Shown: in pieces, positions 1 through 9,727 of the stretch | Layout of the letters: each line of letters opens with the position of its first letter | Position numbering within the stretch: the first letter of the stretch is position 1 | Source of the DNA: Deltaproteobacteria bacterium | Lineage (GTDB): Bacteria > Myxococcota > B64-G9 | Assembly: GCA_019307065.1 (NCBI GenBank) | Contig: JAFDKH010000052.1 | Span: forward strand, 5,097-69,096 | Direction: 5' to 3' | DNA: 64,000 bases | Position numbers and translations under genes: made by a program | The notes under the pieces: model-generated | Told to the model about the DNA's origin: nothing | What the model saw: the letters and a program-made list of their open reading frames with translations, nothing else | Database searches by the model: none

Positions 1-3000
1 AACGATCCCGAGAACAAGCTACTCGTTTTGACTCTGGCCGGTGAAGGTGTCTCGCCCGATATTCAGGTCTGCCTGATCGACCCGGACACCCAGGCCGAAA
101 CCTGCAACGATTCGGTCGCCCCGGCCAATCTGGGAGCTGATTTCGGGATGAATGATCTGGGCGAGAGTACCTCGCGCCAGGTGGTTGTCCGTAATTTGGG
201 CGTATTCAATCTGACGGTAGCTGCCGGGGCCGGGCAAGCCGGAGTAGATTTCTCCAGCGGCACCAACTCCTATGGCGAGTTTTCACTAGACCCAGAGCCC
301 TGGACGGGCGGCCTGGCTCCGGGTGAAGAGAAAATCTTCACGATTACTTATGCGCCCTTCGACGGCGGGGCCGACGAGAGCGGCCTGGAGGTTACTTCGG
401 ATGATCCCGACGAGGCGCTGGTGATAGTCGACCTGCTGGGCAACGGCCTGGCTCCCAAGATTTGCCCGATTCCACCGTTCATTGTCGACTTTGGATCCAT
501 TTCGGTAGGCTCTACCTCGACCAAATCATATCAGTTTACCTCGTGTGGCAACCAGATACTGACCATCACCAATCTGGATCTCGATTCGGGCTTACACGGG
601 TTCTTCTCTTTTACTTCGTCGATTGCTACTCCGTTTGATCTTTCTCCCGGAGAGGCCTTCGATGTCGAGATGACCTACGCCCCCACGGACCTTGGCGCGC
701 ATTCGGGCAAATTGACTATCTCCTCCAACGATCCGAATGCCGGCGAGGGCTGGGTCGATCTGCTGGGCCAGTCTACTCCGATTCCGACTTGCGATGTGAA
801 TGTCGTTCCGATGACGGTCAACTTCGGTTCGGTTTCGACCAGCGGGTTCTCCAATCAAGCGGTAACCATTCATAACACCGGCGATGCCATTTGTGAAATT
901 GACGAAATCAGCGGTCCGGACGGCAGCCCCGAGTTTTCATTTCCATCGGCCCCCGGCATCACCACCATCCCGGTCGGCGAGATGCGCCAGTTCTCGGTTC
1001 AGTATCGCCCGACCGATGAAGGTGCCGATACGGGGACAGTTACGATTGTCTCTAACGATCCCGACGAAGGCAGTGTCGTGGTAGACCTGCAAGGCATGGG
1101 CATCGATCCGCCGCCTTGTGACTTTCAGGCCGACCCGGCCCTGCTCAGCTTCGGGACCGTTCCGATGGGTGAGGCTACTATATTGAGTACACGCATCTGG
1201 AACTTCGGCAGCGAGGAATGCACTCTCTGGGGTTGGGAATTGGTCCAGGGTTCGGACATGTCTTTTTCTCCGGCGGCGCCGCCCTTCCCGCGCCCGGATG
1301 TCGCTCCGGGTACATACTATGAAATCCAGGTGACCTTCAATCCGCTCAGTGCCGGTGTCTTGAACGGCCAGATGGAAGTCAGGGGCGGTGAGAACCCGAT
1401 CTTGACTCAAAAAGTATATGTGGCCCTGACCGGCGGCGGCGAACCGGCCAGGATGTGTATTTTTCCGACAACTCTTTCTTTCGTTAATGTAGCGGTCGGC
1501 GACTTCAGAGACGAGTCCTTCGATATTACCGCTTGCGGATCGGGAAACCTGCAGCTGCGTCAGATCGTCTTCGGCGGAGCCAATCCTGACTTTACTTTTG
1601 TGGGAGTCCCGGGAGCGCCCTTGACGATTCGAGCCGGCGACACGAAAACCGTCAGTGTCCGTTACAGCCCATCCGCGCCCGGCGCGGATTTCGGCCGGGT
1701 GATCATCAGCTCGAACGACGATCAGCTTCCGACCGGTGTAGTCGAACTGGTTGGTAATTACACAGGTAACTGCCCCTCGGTTTTCGATTGCCAGCCGGCG
1801 GCTCTGACCTTCCCGTCGACCGAGATGGGTCAGAGTTCTCATCAGGCGTTTATTTGCACCAATCACGGTACTGAGCCGTTGACCGTCACGGATGTGTCTT
1901 TAGGGGCCGGCTCGTCTTCCGAGTTTCTGGTATCGGCCCCCGGAATTCCCTTGCTGGTTCAGCCGAACGGTGAGTTGCATGTCGAAGTCGGTTATATTCC
2001 GATTGACGTCGGGGCCGACACCGGCAATGTAGTCATTATAAGTGAGTTCACCTCGGAATTTTGCGACAACTTCACGCTGATTACGGTTCCACTAGAGGCC
2101 GAAGGGCTCACTCCGGATTTACCCGAATGTATCGAACCCAAGCAGTTTTCACCGGTCACCGAGTTTGAATGGCCCAACGGAAACATCACCAACCCGACCT
2201 GGAAACATGTTTTCATGACACCGATTGTAATCAACCTTACCGACGACAACGGCGACGGGTTCATCAACGAAGAGGACATACCCGAAATCATCTTCAACGG
2301 ATTCGAAGGCAGTTTGTTTGGAATATCCGATCCGGCCATGGTGCGGGCCATCTCCGGGGATGACGGACACGAAGTCTGGACCGTCGACGATCCGCGCTTT
2401 CGGACTAATTTTGAAACCCAGCTGGCCGCGGCCGATATCGACGGAGACAACTTGCCCGAGATTCTGGCGTCCAAATTGGTCGTGACCGACAGCGGCTCGA
2501 TGGAAGGCAAATTCGTGACTGGCAATATCTTGTGCTTCGAGCATGACGGAACATTCAAGTGGGAGAGCGAGCCCTGGCACGCTCCCGAAAATGACATCGA
2601 GGACGGTTCGGCGATTGGCATCGCCGACCTCGATCACGACGGCCACCCGGAGATTTTCAGGGGTGCCTCGGTATTCGATCATCGCGGCAACCTCTTGTGG
2701 GAAGGTCAGGCCGGGCGCGGCTCGATCGGCCATGGTTGTTTCTCGACGGCGGCCGACCTGGATGTAGATCAGAACAACGGCATGGAGCTAATCGCCGGCA
2801 ACACCGCCTACCATGCCGACGGGACGATAATGTGGCAGGCCAGCAAACCTGACGGATTGATGGGTATCGCCGATTTCAATGTCGACGGCCACCCGGAGGT
2901 ACTCTTGTTTGCCAGCGGTTTCGGCGGCGGCACCTTCATCCTTAACGGTCAAACCGGGGCGGTACTCAGTCAGCTGGGCGGCAGCGATGGAGTCAATGCC

Positions 3001-3570
3001 ATCTTAGTTCCTGTGATAGCCGATATCGACGGTTCGGGCGGGCCGGAAATCGGGGTCATTGGGACTTGCTCGGAGGGAGGCGAAGACACCGAGTGTTTCT
3101 GGGGAATCGACGTGAACGAATCAACCTTTGCAATGAACGTCATCTGGAGAGAAATCTTGAACGATTCGACCCTGGGCGGCGGCAACACCGCCTTTGATTT
3201 CGAGGGCGACGGGCCCTTCGAGGTTCTGCAGAATGATGAAACTTATGTCAATATCTATGCCGGTCTGGCCCACACCCAAATCTACCAGGCCGAGCGTTGG
3301 TCGGTCACCGGCTGGGAATTGCCGATCGTGGTCGATGTCGATAACGACGATCACGCCGAGATTATCGTAATCCAGAATGGTCTCGGCATGGACAAAGGTA
3401 TCAAGGTCCTGGGCAATGCCGACAATGACTGGGTGGCTACTCGCCGTATTTGGCACCAGTTCGACTATCACATCACTAATATTCGCGAGAACGGAACAGT
3501 ACCGCGCTTCGAGGTGCCCAACTGGACGGTCTACAATAACTTCTTGGCCAATGAGCCGTTTTGCCAGTAG
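1..3570 (+). CDS. Giant secreted adhesin-like protein (5' end outside window): at least 6 Cys-bracketed Ig-like repeats (ASH / choice-of-anchor-D type) followed by a C-terminal FG-GAP/VCBS beta-propeller
   Basis: Frame 1 is open from nt 1 (NDPENKLLVLTLAGEGV precedes the tracked Met at 28). Repeats of about 105 aa share FG.V..G, N.G...L.I, Y.P...G...G.L.I.SNDP and L.G.G motifs. The last ~480 aa carry 8 FG-GAP-like loops (DIDGDNLPEIL, DLDHDGHPEIF, DFNVDGHPEVL, DIDGSGGPEIG, DFEGDGPFEVL, DVDNDDHAEII and others). Confidence 0.85.
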   Translation, partial: NDPENKLLVLTLAGEGVSPDIQVCLIDPDTQAETCNDSVAPANLGADFGMNDLGESTSRQVVVRNLGVFNLTVAAGAGQAGVDFSSGTNSYGEFSLDPEPWTGGLAPGEEKIFTITYAPFDGGADESGLEVTSDDPDEALVIVDLLGNGLAPKICPIPPFIVDFGSISVGSTSTKSYQFTSCGNQILTITNLDLDSGLHGFFSFTSSIATPFDLSPGEAFDVEMTYAPTDLGAHSGKLTISSNDPNAGEGWVDLLGQSTPIPTCDVNVVPMTVNFGSVSTSGFSNQAVTIHNTGDAICEIDEISGPDGSPEFSFPSAPGITTIPVGEMRQFSVQYRPTDEGADTGTVTIVSNDPDEGSVVVDLQGMGIDPPPCDFQADPALLSFGTVPMGEATILSTRIWNFGSEECTLWGWELVQGSDMSFSPAAPPFPRPDVAPGTYYEIQVTFNPLSAGVLNGQMEVRGGENPILTQKVYVALTGGGEPARMCIFPTTLSFVNVAVGDFRDESFDITACGSGNLQLRQIVFGGANPDFTFVGVPGAPLTIRAGDTKTVSVRYSPSAPGADFGRVIISSNDDQLPTGVVELVGNYTGNCPSVFDCQPAALTFPSTEMGQSSHQAFICTNHGTEPLTVTDVSLGAGSSSEFLVSAPGIPLLVQPNGELHVEVGYIPIDVGADTGNVVIISEFTSEFCDNFTLITVPLEAEGLTPDLPECIEPKQFSPVTEFEWPNGNITNPTWKHVFMTPIVINLTDDNGDGFINEEDIPEIIFNGFEGSLFGISDPAMVRAISGDDGHEVWTVDDPRFRTNFETQLAAADIDGDNLPEILASKLVVTDSGSMEGKFVTGNILCFEHDGTFKWESEPWHAPENDIEDGSAIGIADLDHDGHPEIFRGASVFDHRGNLLWEGQAGRGSIGHGCFSTAADLDVDQNNGMELIAGNTAYHADGTIMWQASKPDGLMGIADFNVDGHPEVLLFASGFGGGTFILNGQTGAVLSQLGGSDGVNAILVPVIADIDGSGGPEIGVIGTCSEGGEDTECFWGIDVNESTFAMNVIWREILNDSTLGGGNTAFDFEGDGPFEVLQNDETYVNIYAGLAHTQIYQAERWSVTGWELPIVVDVDNDDHAEIIVIQNGLGMDKGIKVLGNADNDWVATRRIWHQFDYHITNIRENGTVPRFEVPNWTVYNNFLANEPFCQ

Positions 3571-3652
3571 ACTGAAGTTGCGCTCGACCAGCCAAAGGTT
3601 ATTACATCCTCGAATGCCGGAATAATATTGAGTAGCTCCTGAAGGAGGGACC

Positions 3653-6600
3653 ATGAAGCTGAATACGAAATACCTGCCCATGCTACTGACGGTCATGTTG
3701 GCTGGAATCGTGCCGGGCTGCGATGACGATCGCGGCATTCAGGAGTCCGCCCCGCGAGTCGGCAGTTTCCACGTGGGCGATAGTGAAATCCCGCCGGATA
3801 TCGGCGAGTTCACTTCGACGCCCGATTCGTCCCAGCTGGATATCGACTTTGGACTGGTTGATGTCGGCACGGTTGCAAAACGCTACTTGTTTCTGAACAA
3901 CACCGGCCAGTCGGTCTTGAAATTGACCAAGGTCGAGATGCTCGACGGGTCAAGCACCGACTTCATCGTTGCCTGTCAGTCGGGCGGCCTGTTTATTTCG
4001 GATTGTCCGGCCTCTGCTGATTCTCCAGTAGAAGTTGCCGCCGGTAGCGACCTGATAATCGAGGTGTCTTATGCCCCGCAGGACGTTGGCAGCGACACGG
4101 GCGGTTTCGACCTGACCACCAACGCAGCCGATCACCGGGTCGTTACCGTCAACCTGAACGGAGAGGGAGTTACCCCTGAAATCCAGGTCTGTGCGACCGA
4201 CTGTATCGGCGACCAGACCGCTGCGGATTGCTCGGCGGCCGGTGATCATTGCGACGATCAAGTCGCGCCCGATAACCTGGCAGTCGACTTCGGGGATGCC
4301 GAGTTGAGTACGACAACCCGGCGCAAAGTCGTCATTAAGAATCAGGGCAATCGCGATTTGCAGATATCGAACCTGACCATAACCGGCGGGTCCTATAACC
4401 AGTTTTCAATTGATCTTAACGGTAACGATCTGCCGGGTATCTTGGTTGCAGCTGGCGAGGCGATTATCTATGTAGAATATCAGCCGACGATGGGCGGCCA
4501 ACACGAAAGCGTCTTGGCGATCGGTTCGAATGATGTCAACGAAGGCGTCATCCAGGTTGAGCTGAACGGGCGCGGAATGGCTCCGCGTCTGTGCCCCGAG
4601 CCGTTGACCCTCGATTTCGGCAATGTGCCTACCAGCGAAACCTTAGTGAAGACTTTTTCGATTACGAATTGCGGCCTTCTAGATCTCGAGTTGAAGAACG
4701 TAGCTATGAACCCTGAGCCGGCCGATCCAGAATTTTCGCTGCGCAACCTGCCGGGTTTTCCGCTCAGCCTTATTCCGGGCCAGGCGATTGAGATCGAAGT
4801 GGAATACCACCCTACGGATCGTGGGACCGATCACGGCGGGGTGGACTTATTTTCGAATGATCCGGCATCCAATCCGGGCGATGATCTTACCGGCACAGTC
4901 ATTCTGTTTGGCGAAAGCACGCCAAGGGAGTGTGATCTGCAGGCGACACCCTTTGTGGTCAATTTCGGCGGCGTCGTACAGGATCTTGCCGAGACTATCG
5001 AGCTAATCGTTTCGAACCAGGGGACCGATACCTGTATCCTGGAAAACGCTGAAATTACGACCAACTCGGCCAATAATGAATTTACAATTCTTCAAAAGCC
5101 GCCGGCCGACGAGGTCTTGGATCCCGGAGATAGCCGCGTTATCGAGATCGAGTATCACCCGATCGATCTGGGTGTCGACAACGGTGTCCTGACCTTGTAC
5201 GGCAACGATAAGGACGGCAACGAGATTCCAGTCGAACTCAACGCCGAGGGGGTCGAAACCGCCGAGTGCGACGTTACTATTCAACCGGCCCCTTTTCTGA
5301 ACTTCGGCCTGGTAAAAGTCTTCAACACAAAATCGATGGTGGTCGAAATCACAAACAACGGTCTGGCGCCTTGCAATCTTACTGGAGTGGAGCTTGAGTT
5401 GATTCCCATCTTCGGCCAGGACTTCTCGTTGACTTCCCAGCCCAATCTGCCCAAGGTGCTTAACCGCCGCGGGCAGCAAGGCTCATCGGCCGAGGTTGAG
5501 ATCACTTTTGCGCCCGACCGCGAATGGGGGCAATTCGCCACCTTGCGTCTGATCGTCGACGATCCCGATCTTGGCGATATTGCCTGTACCGACGGCAATG
5601 GTCTTCCAATTCCGGGCGAGGCCTGCCTTACGGTATCGGGTTATGCCAAGGAGTCGGAGATCGAGATTGTGCCGGCCGAACTGGATTTCGGAGTGGTTAC
5701 CCTGGGATGCAATTCACCAACCCAGTGCTTAACTGTCTACAATCTCGGCACGGTGGCAGTCTCGATTGACGGGATTGCCATTGATCCGGCCAATGATCCT
5801 AACTTCGAGATCGTTCAGGCACCGATGACACCCTACAGTCTGGTCGGGGGAGCCGACTTCCAGATCTGCCTGCGCTACCATCCCCAGGATCTAAATGTCC
5901 ACCGGGCGATCTTGCTGATTCAGGCCGACGGGGATGAAGAACACACCGTGCCGATTTTTGGGCGCGGAACGAACATTTCCGATCAGTCCGATGTGTTCTA
6001 TCAACCCGAACAAGTCCGCTCGGATGTGCTGTTCACAATAGACTGCTCGGGTTCGATGAGCGACGACCAGCAGAACCTGGCCGACAACTTCGATGCTTTC
6101 ATTGACTATGCTTTAACCCTGGATGTTGATTTTCATATTGGAGTCGTATCGACCGATATCGAAAATATGGACTCCTGGAGCGGAACACCGTCGCGTCAGA
6201 TCACCTCGGGTATCCTGGTCGAGACTTCGAATACTCCCAAGATAATCACCTCGCAGACACCCAACCTGAAAGCGGCTTTTACCGACAACGTGCGTCTGGG
6301 TGATGATTGCTCGGCCCACGAAGCCGGCCTGGAAGGCGCCTGGATGGCCTTGAGCGAACCCTTGATCAGCGATCCGGCGGCTAACCTCGGATTTCTGCGC
6401 GATGATGCCAAACTATACATTATTATCCTGTCTGACGAGGAAGATCAGTCTAAAGGCTCTCCCGATTTTTACATCGACTTCTTCAAGTCGTTAAAGGGTT
6501 ATCGCAATACCGAAATGATGGCGATTAGTGTGATTTGCGCCGATAACCCGCCCAATGGACGCTACTATTATGTGTCTCAGGAGACGGGTGGCATATTCGA

Positions 6601-6871
6601 ATCCATTTACACAGCTGATTGGAACCAGGCCCTGGCCTCCCTGGGATTCGACGCCTTTGCGGCTATCCGCGAGTTCCCGCTCTCGCGTCAGGCCGATCCG
6701 GGCAGCATCATTGTGACGGTTAATGGCACCGATATTCCCATGGCCAGTTCCGAAGGCGCCGCAGATGGCTGGTGGTATTACCCAGATACCAACACGATCT
6801 ACTTTGGTGACGACTATGTCCCTGAAAAGGGAGACCGGATTGAAGTGAATTACACTGCGACTTGTCTGTAA
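3653..6871 (+). CDS. Lipoprotein with about 8 Ig-like (ASH / choice-of-anchor-D type) repeats and a C-terminal von Willebrand factor A domain
   Basis: AAGGAGG lies just upstream of ATG 3653. Signal peptide with lipobox LAGIVPGC. The repeats are paralogous to the upstream ORF (NGEGVTPEIQVC vs AGEGVSPDIQVC). vWA MIDAS DCSGSMSDD sits near aa 795, followed by VVSTD and IIILSDEED. Confidence 0.85.
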   Translation: MKLNTKYLPMLLTVMLAGIVPGCDDDRGIQESAPRVGSFHVGDSEIPPDIGEFTSTPDSSQLDIDFGLVDVGTVAKRYLFLNNTGQSVLKLTKVEMLDGSSTDFIVACQSGGLFISDCPASADSPVEVAAGSDLIIEVSYAPQDVGSDTGGFDLTTNAADHRVVTVNLNGEGVTPEIQVCATDCIGDQTAADCSAAGDHCDDQVAPDNLAVDFGDAELSTTTRRKVVIKNQGNRDLQISNLTITGGSYNQFSIDLNGNDLPGILVAAGEAIIYVEYQPTMGGQHESVLAIGSNDVNEGVIQVELNGRGMAPRLCPEPLTLDFGNVPTSETLVKTFSITNCGLLDLELKNVAMNPEPADPEFSLRNLPGFPLSLIPGQAIEIEVEYHPTDRGTDHGGVDLFSNDPASNPGDDLTGTVILFGESTPRECDLQATPFVVNFGGVVQDLAETIELIVSNQGTDTCILENAEITTNSANNEFTILQKPPADEVLDPGDSRVIEIEYHPIDLGVDNGVLTLYGNDKDGNEIPVELNAEGVETAECDVTIQPAPFLNFGLVKVFNTKSMVVEITNNGLAPCNLTGVELELIPIFGQDFSLTSQPNLPKVLNRRGQQGSSAEVEITFAPDREWGQFATLRLIVDDPDLGDIACTDGNGLPIPGEACLTVSGYAKESEIEIVPAELDFGVVTLGCNSPTQCLTVYNLGTVAVSIDGIAIDPANDPNFEIVQAPMTPYSLVGGADFQICLRYHPQDLNVHRAILLIQADGDEEHTVPIFGRGTNISDQSDVFYQPEQVRSDVLFTIDCSGSMSDDQQNLADNFDAFIDYALTLDVDFHIGVVSTDIENMDSWSGTPSRQITSGILVETSNTPKIITSQTPNLKAAFTDNVRLGDDCSAHEAGLEGAWMALSEPLISDPAANLGFLRDDAKLYIIILSDEEDQSKGSPDFYIDFFKSLKGYRNTEMMAISVICADNPPNGRYYYVSQETGGIFESIYTADWNQALASLGFDAFAAIREFPLSRQADPGSIIVTVNGTDIPMASSEGAADGWWYYPDTNTIYFGDDYVPEKGDRIEVNYTATCL

Positions 6872-6877
6872 TCTCGG

Positions 6878-7549
6878 TCAGCCCATCGAAAGAAGGGCTG
6901 ACAATTCAGTGATGGTTTCAACTGTATAGTCGGGTTCGACCCTGGTGATCTGCTCCATCGGAATCAGGCCGCACCAGCGGGTGGCGATTGTAAAAAGCGA
7001 AGCTGCTCGACCGGCTTTGACATCTGCCGGACCGTCACCGATTATCAAGCCGCCTTTGAACTCAACCTCGAGTTCTTTGGCAATCTTGAAAATGCCGTCC
7101 GGGGCCGGCTTACGAGCCGGTCCATCGTCCGCCGCGACGACGAGCTTGACCAGATCTTTCAGTCCATGTAACTCGAGGAGTAGATCGGTCGAGAGCCGGG
7201 CGCGGCCGGTCAGGATGGCGACCGGAACATCGTTGCGGCCGAGTTCCTCAACCAGTTCGATGACACCTGGAAATGGCTGCAGGTCATCTTGGTGATTACG
7301 GAAATGATCCAGGTACTCGGCCAGGCAGGCTTGGTAGTCGTCAACACCTGCCATTTCGCGCAGGATCTCAAGATCGGTATTGTTGATCAAATGCACCATA
7401 TCCTTGATCTGGACTTCTCGTCCGATTCTGGGAGAAATGACGGCTCGCAGGGCGTTGAAGGTGGCCGGCAAAGAATTCAAAATGGTTCCATCCAGATCAA
7501 AGACAATCAGGGGAAAACCGGCACCAATTTTGAATGACTCCAATAGCAT
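6878..7549 (-). CDS. HAD-superfamily phosphatase (phosphoglycolate phosphatase-like)
   Basis: 223 aa. HAD motif I is FDLDGTILNS, motif II is ILTGR, and the distal motif is K..(x)..IGDGPADVKAG. Confidence 0.75.
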   Translation of the reverse strand: MLLESFKIGAGFPLIVFDLDGTILNSLPATFNALRAVISPRIGREVQIKDMVHLINNTDLEILREMAGVDDYQACLAEYLDHFRNHQDDLQPFPGVIELVEELGRNDVPVAILTGRARLSTDLLLELHGLKDLVKLVVAADDGPARKPAPDGIFKIAKELEVEFKGGLIIGDGPADVKAGRAASLFTIATRWCGLIPMEQITRVEPDYTVETITELSALLSMG

Positions 7550-7638
7550 TATGTTAGTTGCTGTTATAGACCGTATCTGGGTTTATTACAGCAACTTATG
7601 CTGATAAAATCAGTAGTACCATAGCAGCGGAGAATTTC

Positions 7639-7914
7639 GTGAGCAAGACAGGCTGGCAAAAGCTCGAACAGGTCGTCTGTCGATCTGAATATCGGGAAGA
7701 TGAACGACCGCAAAAGTTTCGTCTCCAGGGATGTTGGGTGGCAGTCGAACAAGTTTTGAAAAGCTGGCTGCAAAAAGGGCCTGGAGAAAAAGACCCAACT
7801 TTTCGGGTGTTTGACGTAAGATCAGGGGAGGCTTTTTATCGCTTGCGGGTCCAAATCAATGGCTGGCTATGGGAATGCAAAAAGATACGTCTTGCAGATT
7901 GTGAGAAAAAGTAG
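7639..7914 (+). CDS. Hypothetical small protein
   Basis: 91-aa ORF with a GTG start preceded by GGAG 6 nt upstream. No motif recognised. Confidence 0.4.
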   Translation: MSKTGWQKLEQVVCRSEYREDERPQKFRLQGCWVAVEQVLKSWLQKGPGEKDPTFRVFDVRSGEAFYRLRVQINGWLWECKKIRLADCEKK

Positions 7915-7928
7915 TACAAGTAGGATAT

Positions 7929-8297
7929 GTGCATATGATTCCGTACTTCTACTTCTATTTGCTAGCAAGGAGCCCGGCAGATTTGGACAGCGAACACAAA
8001 CTCACCCGCTGGCCTGAAGATCGAATGCTCCCGTCCAGGCGGGACATGGAGGATGTCCTCTATAAAGAGGGATGGAAACCTTTCAGGATGGTTGATCCTC
8101 CCTGTACCTACTACCACACAAAATGTCACGACAAGTCCGAAGTGCGCTGGGTAATCCGTGGTCAGATTCTGGTGGGACTCGAAAAGTGCCAGATTATGCT
8201 GAGTATTGGTGACCGGTTGGAACTTCAAGCCGGTACACCTCATTGGGTGAGAATCCTCTCGGACGATGGTGCCGTTTATTTGCTGGCTTCTAGATAG
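7929..8297 (+). CDS. Cupin-fold protein (start may be ATG 7935)
   Basis: Cupin-like motif 1 (HTKCHDKSEVRWVIRG) and motif 2 (GDRLELQAGTPHWV). The 3' end overlaps convergent truD by 22 nt. Confidence 0.5.
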   Translation: MHMIPYFYFYLLARSPADLDSEHKLTRWPEDRMLPSRRDMEDVLYKEGWKPFRMVDPPCTYYHTKCHDKSEVRWVIRGQILVGLEKCQIMLSIGDRLELQAGTPHWVRILSDDGAVYLLASR

Positions 8298-9304
8298 TCG
8301 ACTAATTCGCGTAAGACACTAGTTGCGTAAGCACCGGCGGGTAGTGAAAATGTCAAGGCCAGGTTGTCTTGATTTTCTTCGGCTCTGAGATCGGCTGGTG
8401 TTACCCGCAGGGCCCTGCGGGTTCCCCGGGTGAGTTTGGCATATTTCGAAAAGACATTCCGATCAAGGCCGGCTGCCGCCAGTATTTCTTGTTCCATTTT
8501 TTCTATATCCCCCTGAGGCGTTCGCATTTTGGGGCCGAACATTGGACCGGTCGGATGGACCTCGTAGGCGTCCATTCGGGCTTGATCTATATCGGGCTCT
8601 TCACAGATGAACATTCCGCCAGTATCAGATTTCGTCAACAAATCTCCGGCGAACACTTTTTGAAACATAGCCCGCTTAATGCGCTCGGCCAGAACGTCAT
8701 TGAAAAGAGCGGATTGCAGGGCGCTAAGCATTAAACGCAGGGTTCGGCGATTATGTTCTTTTCGTTTTCCGCAAATCAACTCGCGGCCGGTCTGCTCGTT
8801 AGCGCCGTCTCTGCCGAAACGCTGCGGGCCAAAATAGTTGGGTATCCCGGTTTTTGCGATCAGCTGGCTGCGCTGAACTAGCGCCTGGGTGGCTTGAGGA
8901 TCGAGACCCCGCACACGAATGTTGAATCGATTACCCTTCAAGTGACCGGTTTTGAGTTTGTTGCCGTGCAAGCCTGATTGAATAATTTTAACACCCTCGA
9001 GTTTGAAATCGGCCAGGCGGTCCTTTGCGGATGCCGGCAGGGACAGCCACTGCCGGGTGATGGCTCGACGATCTTTCAATCCGGCGTGCCCGATCTGTCC
9101 ACGACCTGTCTTGGTTTGACTAACTAACTCCTTGATTACGTTTTCGGTAGTCCGGTCGCATTTTTCGACAAGGATCATCAAATGTTCACCGCTTCCGGAA
9201 GGCAGGTAAGCCGGTATTTCTTCAACCTGAAAATCTTGAGGCTCGGTCCGGATGACTCCTTGCCAAGTCGGGCATTCATTTATTGTCGGCCAGCGTTCTG
9301 CCAT
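8276..9304 (-). CDS. truD: tRNA pseudouridine(13) synthase TruD
   Basis: 342 aa with TruD family motifs FQVEEIP, GEHLMILVEK, HAGLKDRRAITRQW and NYFGPQRFG. Confidence 0.85.
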   Translation of the reverse strand: MAERWPTINECPTWQGVIRTEPQDFQVEEIPAYLPSGSGEHLMILVEKCDRTTENVIKELVSQTKTGRGQIGHAGLKDRRAITRQWLSLPASAKDRLADFKLEGVKIIQSGLHGNKLKTGHLKGNRFNIRVRGLDPQATQALVQRSQLIAKTGIPNYFGPQRFGRDGANEQTGRELICGKRKEHNRRTLRLMLSALQSALFNDVLAERIKRAMFQKVFAGDLLTKSDTGGMFICEEPDIDQARMDAYEVHPTGPMFGPKMRTPQGDIEKMEQEILAAAGLDRNVFSKYAKLTRGTRRALRVTPADLRAEENQDNLALTFSLPAGAYATSVLRELVDYLEASK

Positions 9305-9726
9305 CAGTCGGTCCCCAGTAGTTGAATGACGACTTTACGCCGACGCGAACCGTTGTCGTGATCGAGCAAGACTATTTGTTGCCAAGTTCCCAAAACCAGT
9401 AACCCGCCGGACACCGGAACCGTCAACGACGGCCCGCCTAAAGCGGCCCGGACATGTGAGAACCCATTACCGTCACCCCAGCGCGCGTCGTGTTTGTAGG
9501 GTATTTCCTCGGGTGCCGCCCTGCGAATGGCTGCTTTGAGGTCGGCTACGGCCCCGGATTCAAACTCGATCGTCGTGACCGACGCAGTTGCTCCGGGACA
9601 GAACACGGTCGCAATTCCCTCGACCAGCCCTGCGTCGCTCACTATATGTTGTACCTGGTCGGTTAGATCGTGCAGATCTGTATAGCCCGCCGAATCCACT
9701 TTGAATTCTCGGCACATGGATATCAT
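9304..9726 (-). CDS. yjbQ: YjbQ/UPF0047 family protein (secondary thiamine-phosphate synthase enzyme)
   Basis: Conserved core: TDQVQHIV..GIATVFCPGATASVTTIEFESG...HDARWGDGNGFSHVRAALGGPSLTVPV..G.L.LGTWQQIVLLDHD. I chose internal Met (MISMCREFKV) at 9726, 1 nt after the upstream stop. The 56-aa N-terminal extension in the ORF track overlaps the upstream gene. Confidence 0.8.
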   Translation of the reverse strand: MISMCREFKVDSAGYTDLHDLTDQVQHIVSDAGLVEGIATVFCPGATASVTTIEFESGAVADLKAAIRRAAPEEIPYKHDARWGDGNGFSHVRAALGGPSLTVPVSGGLLVLGTWQQIVLLDHDNGSRRRKVVIQLLGTD

Positions 9727-9727
9727 C

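Noticed and set aside
937-3738. Minus-strand ORFs of 194-309 aa (937-1866, 1992-2621, 2149-2733, 3121-3738) inside the first giant gene.
   Set aside because: They have no recognisable motifs and are fully nested in a CDS with a clear repeat and domain architecture.
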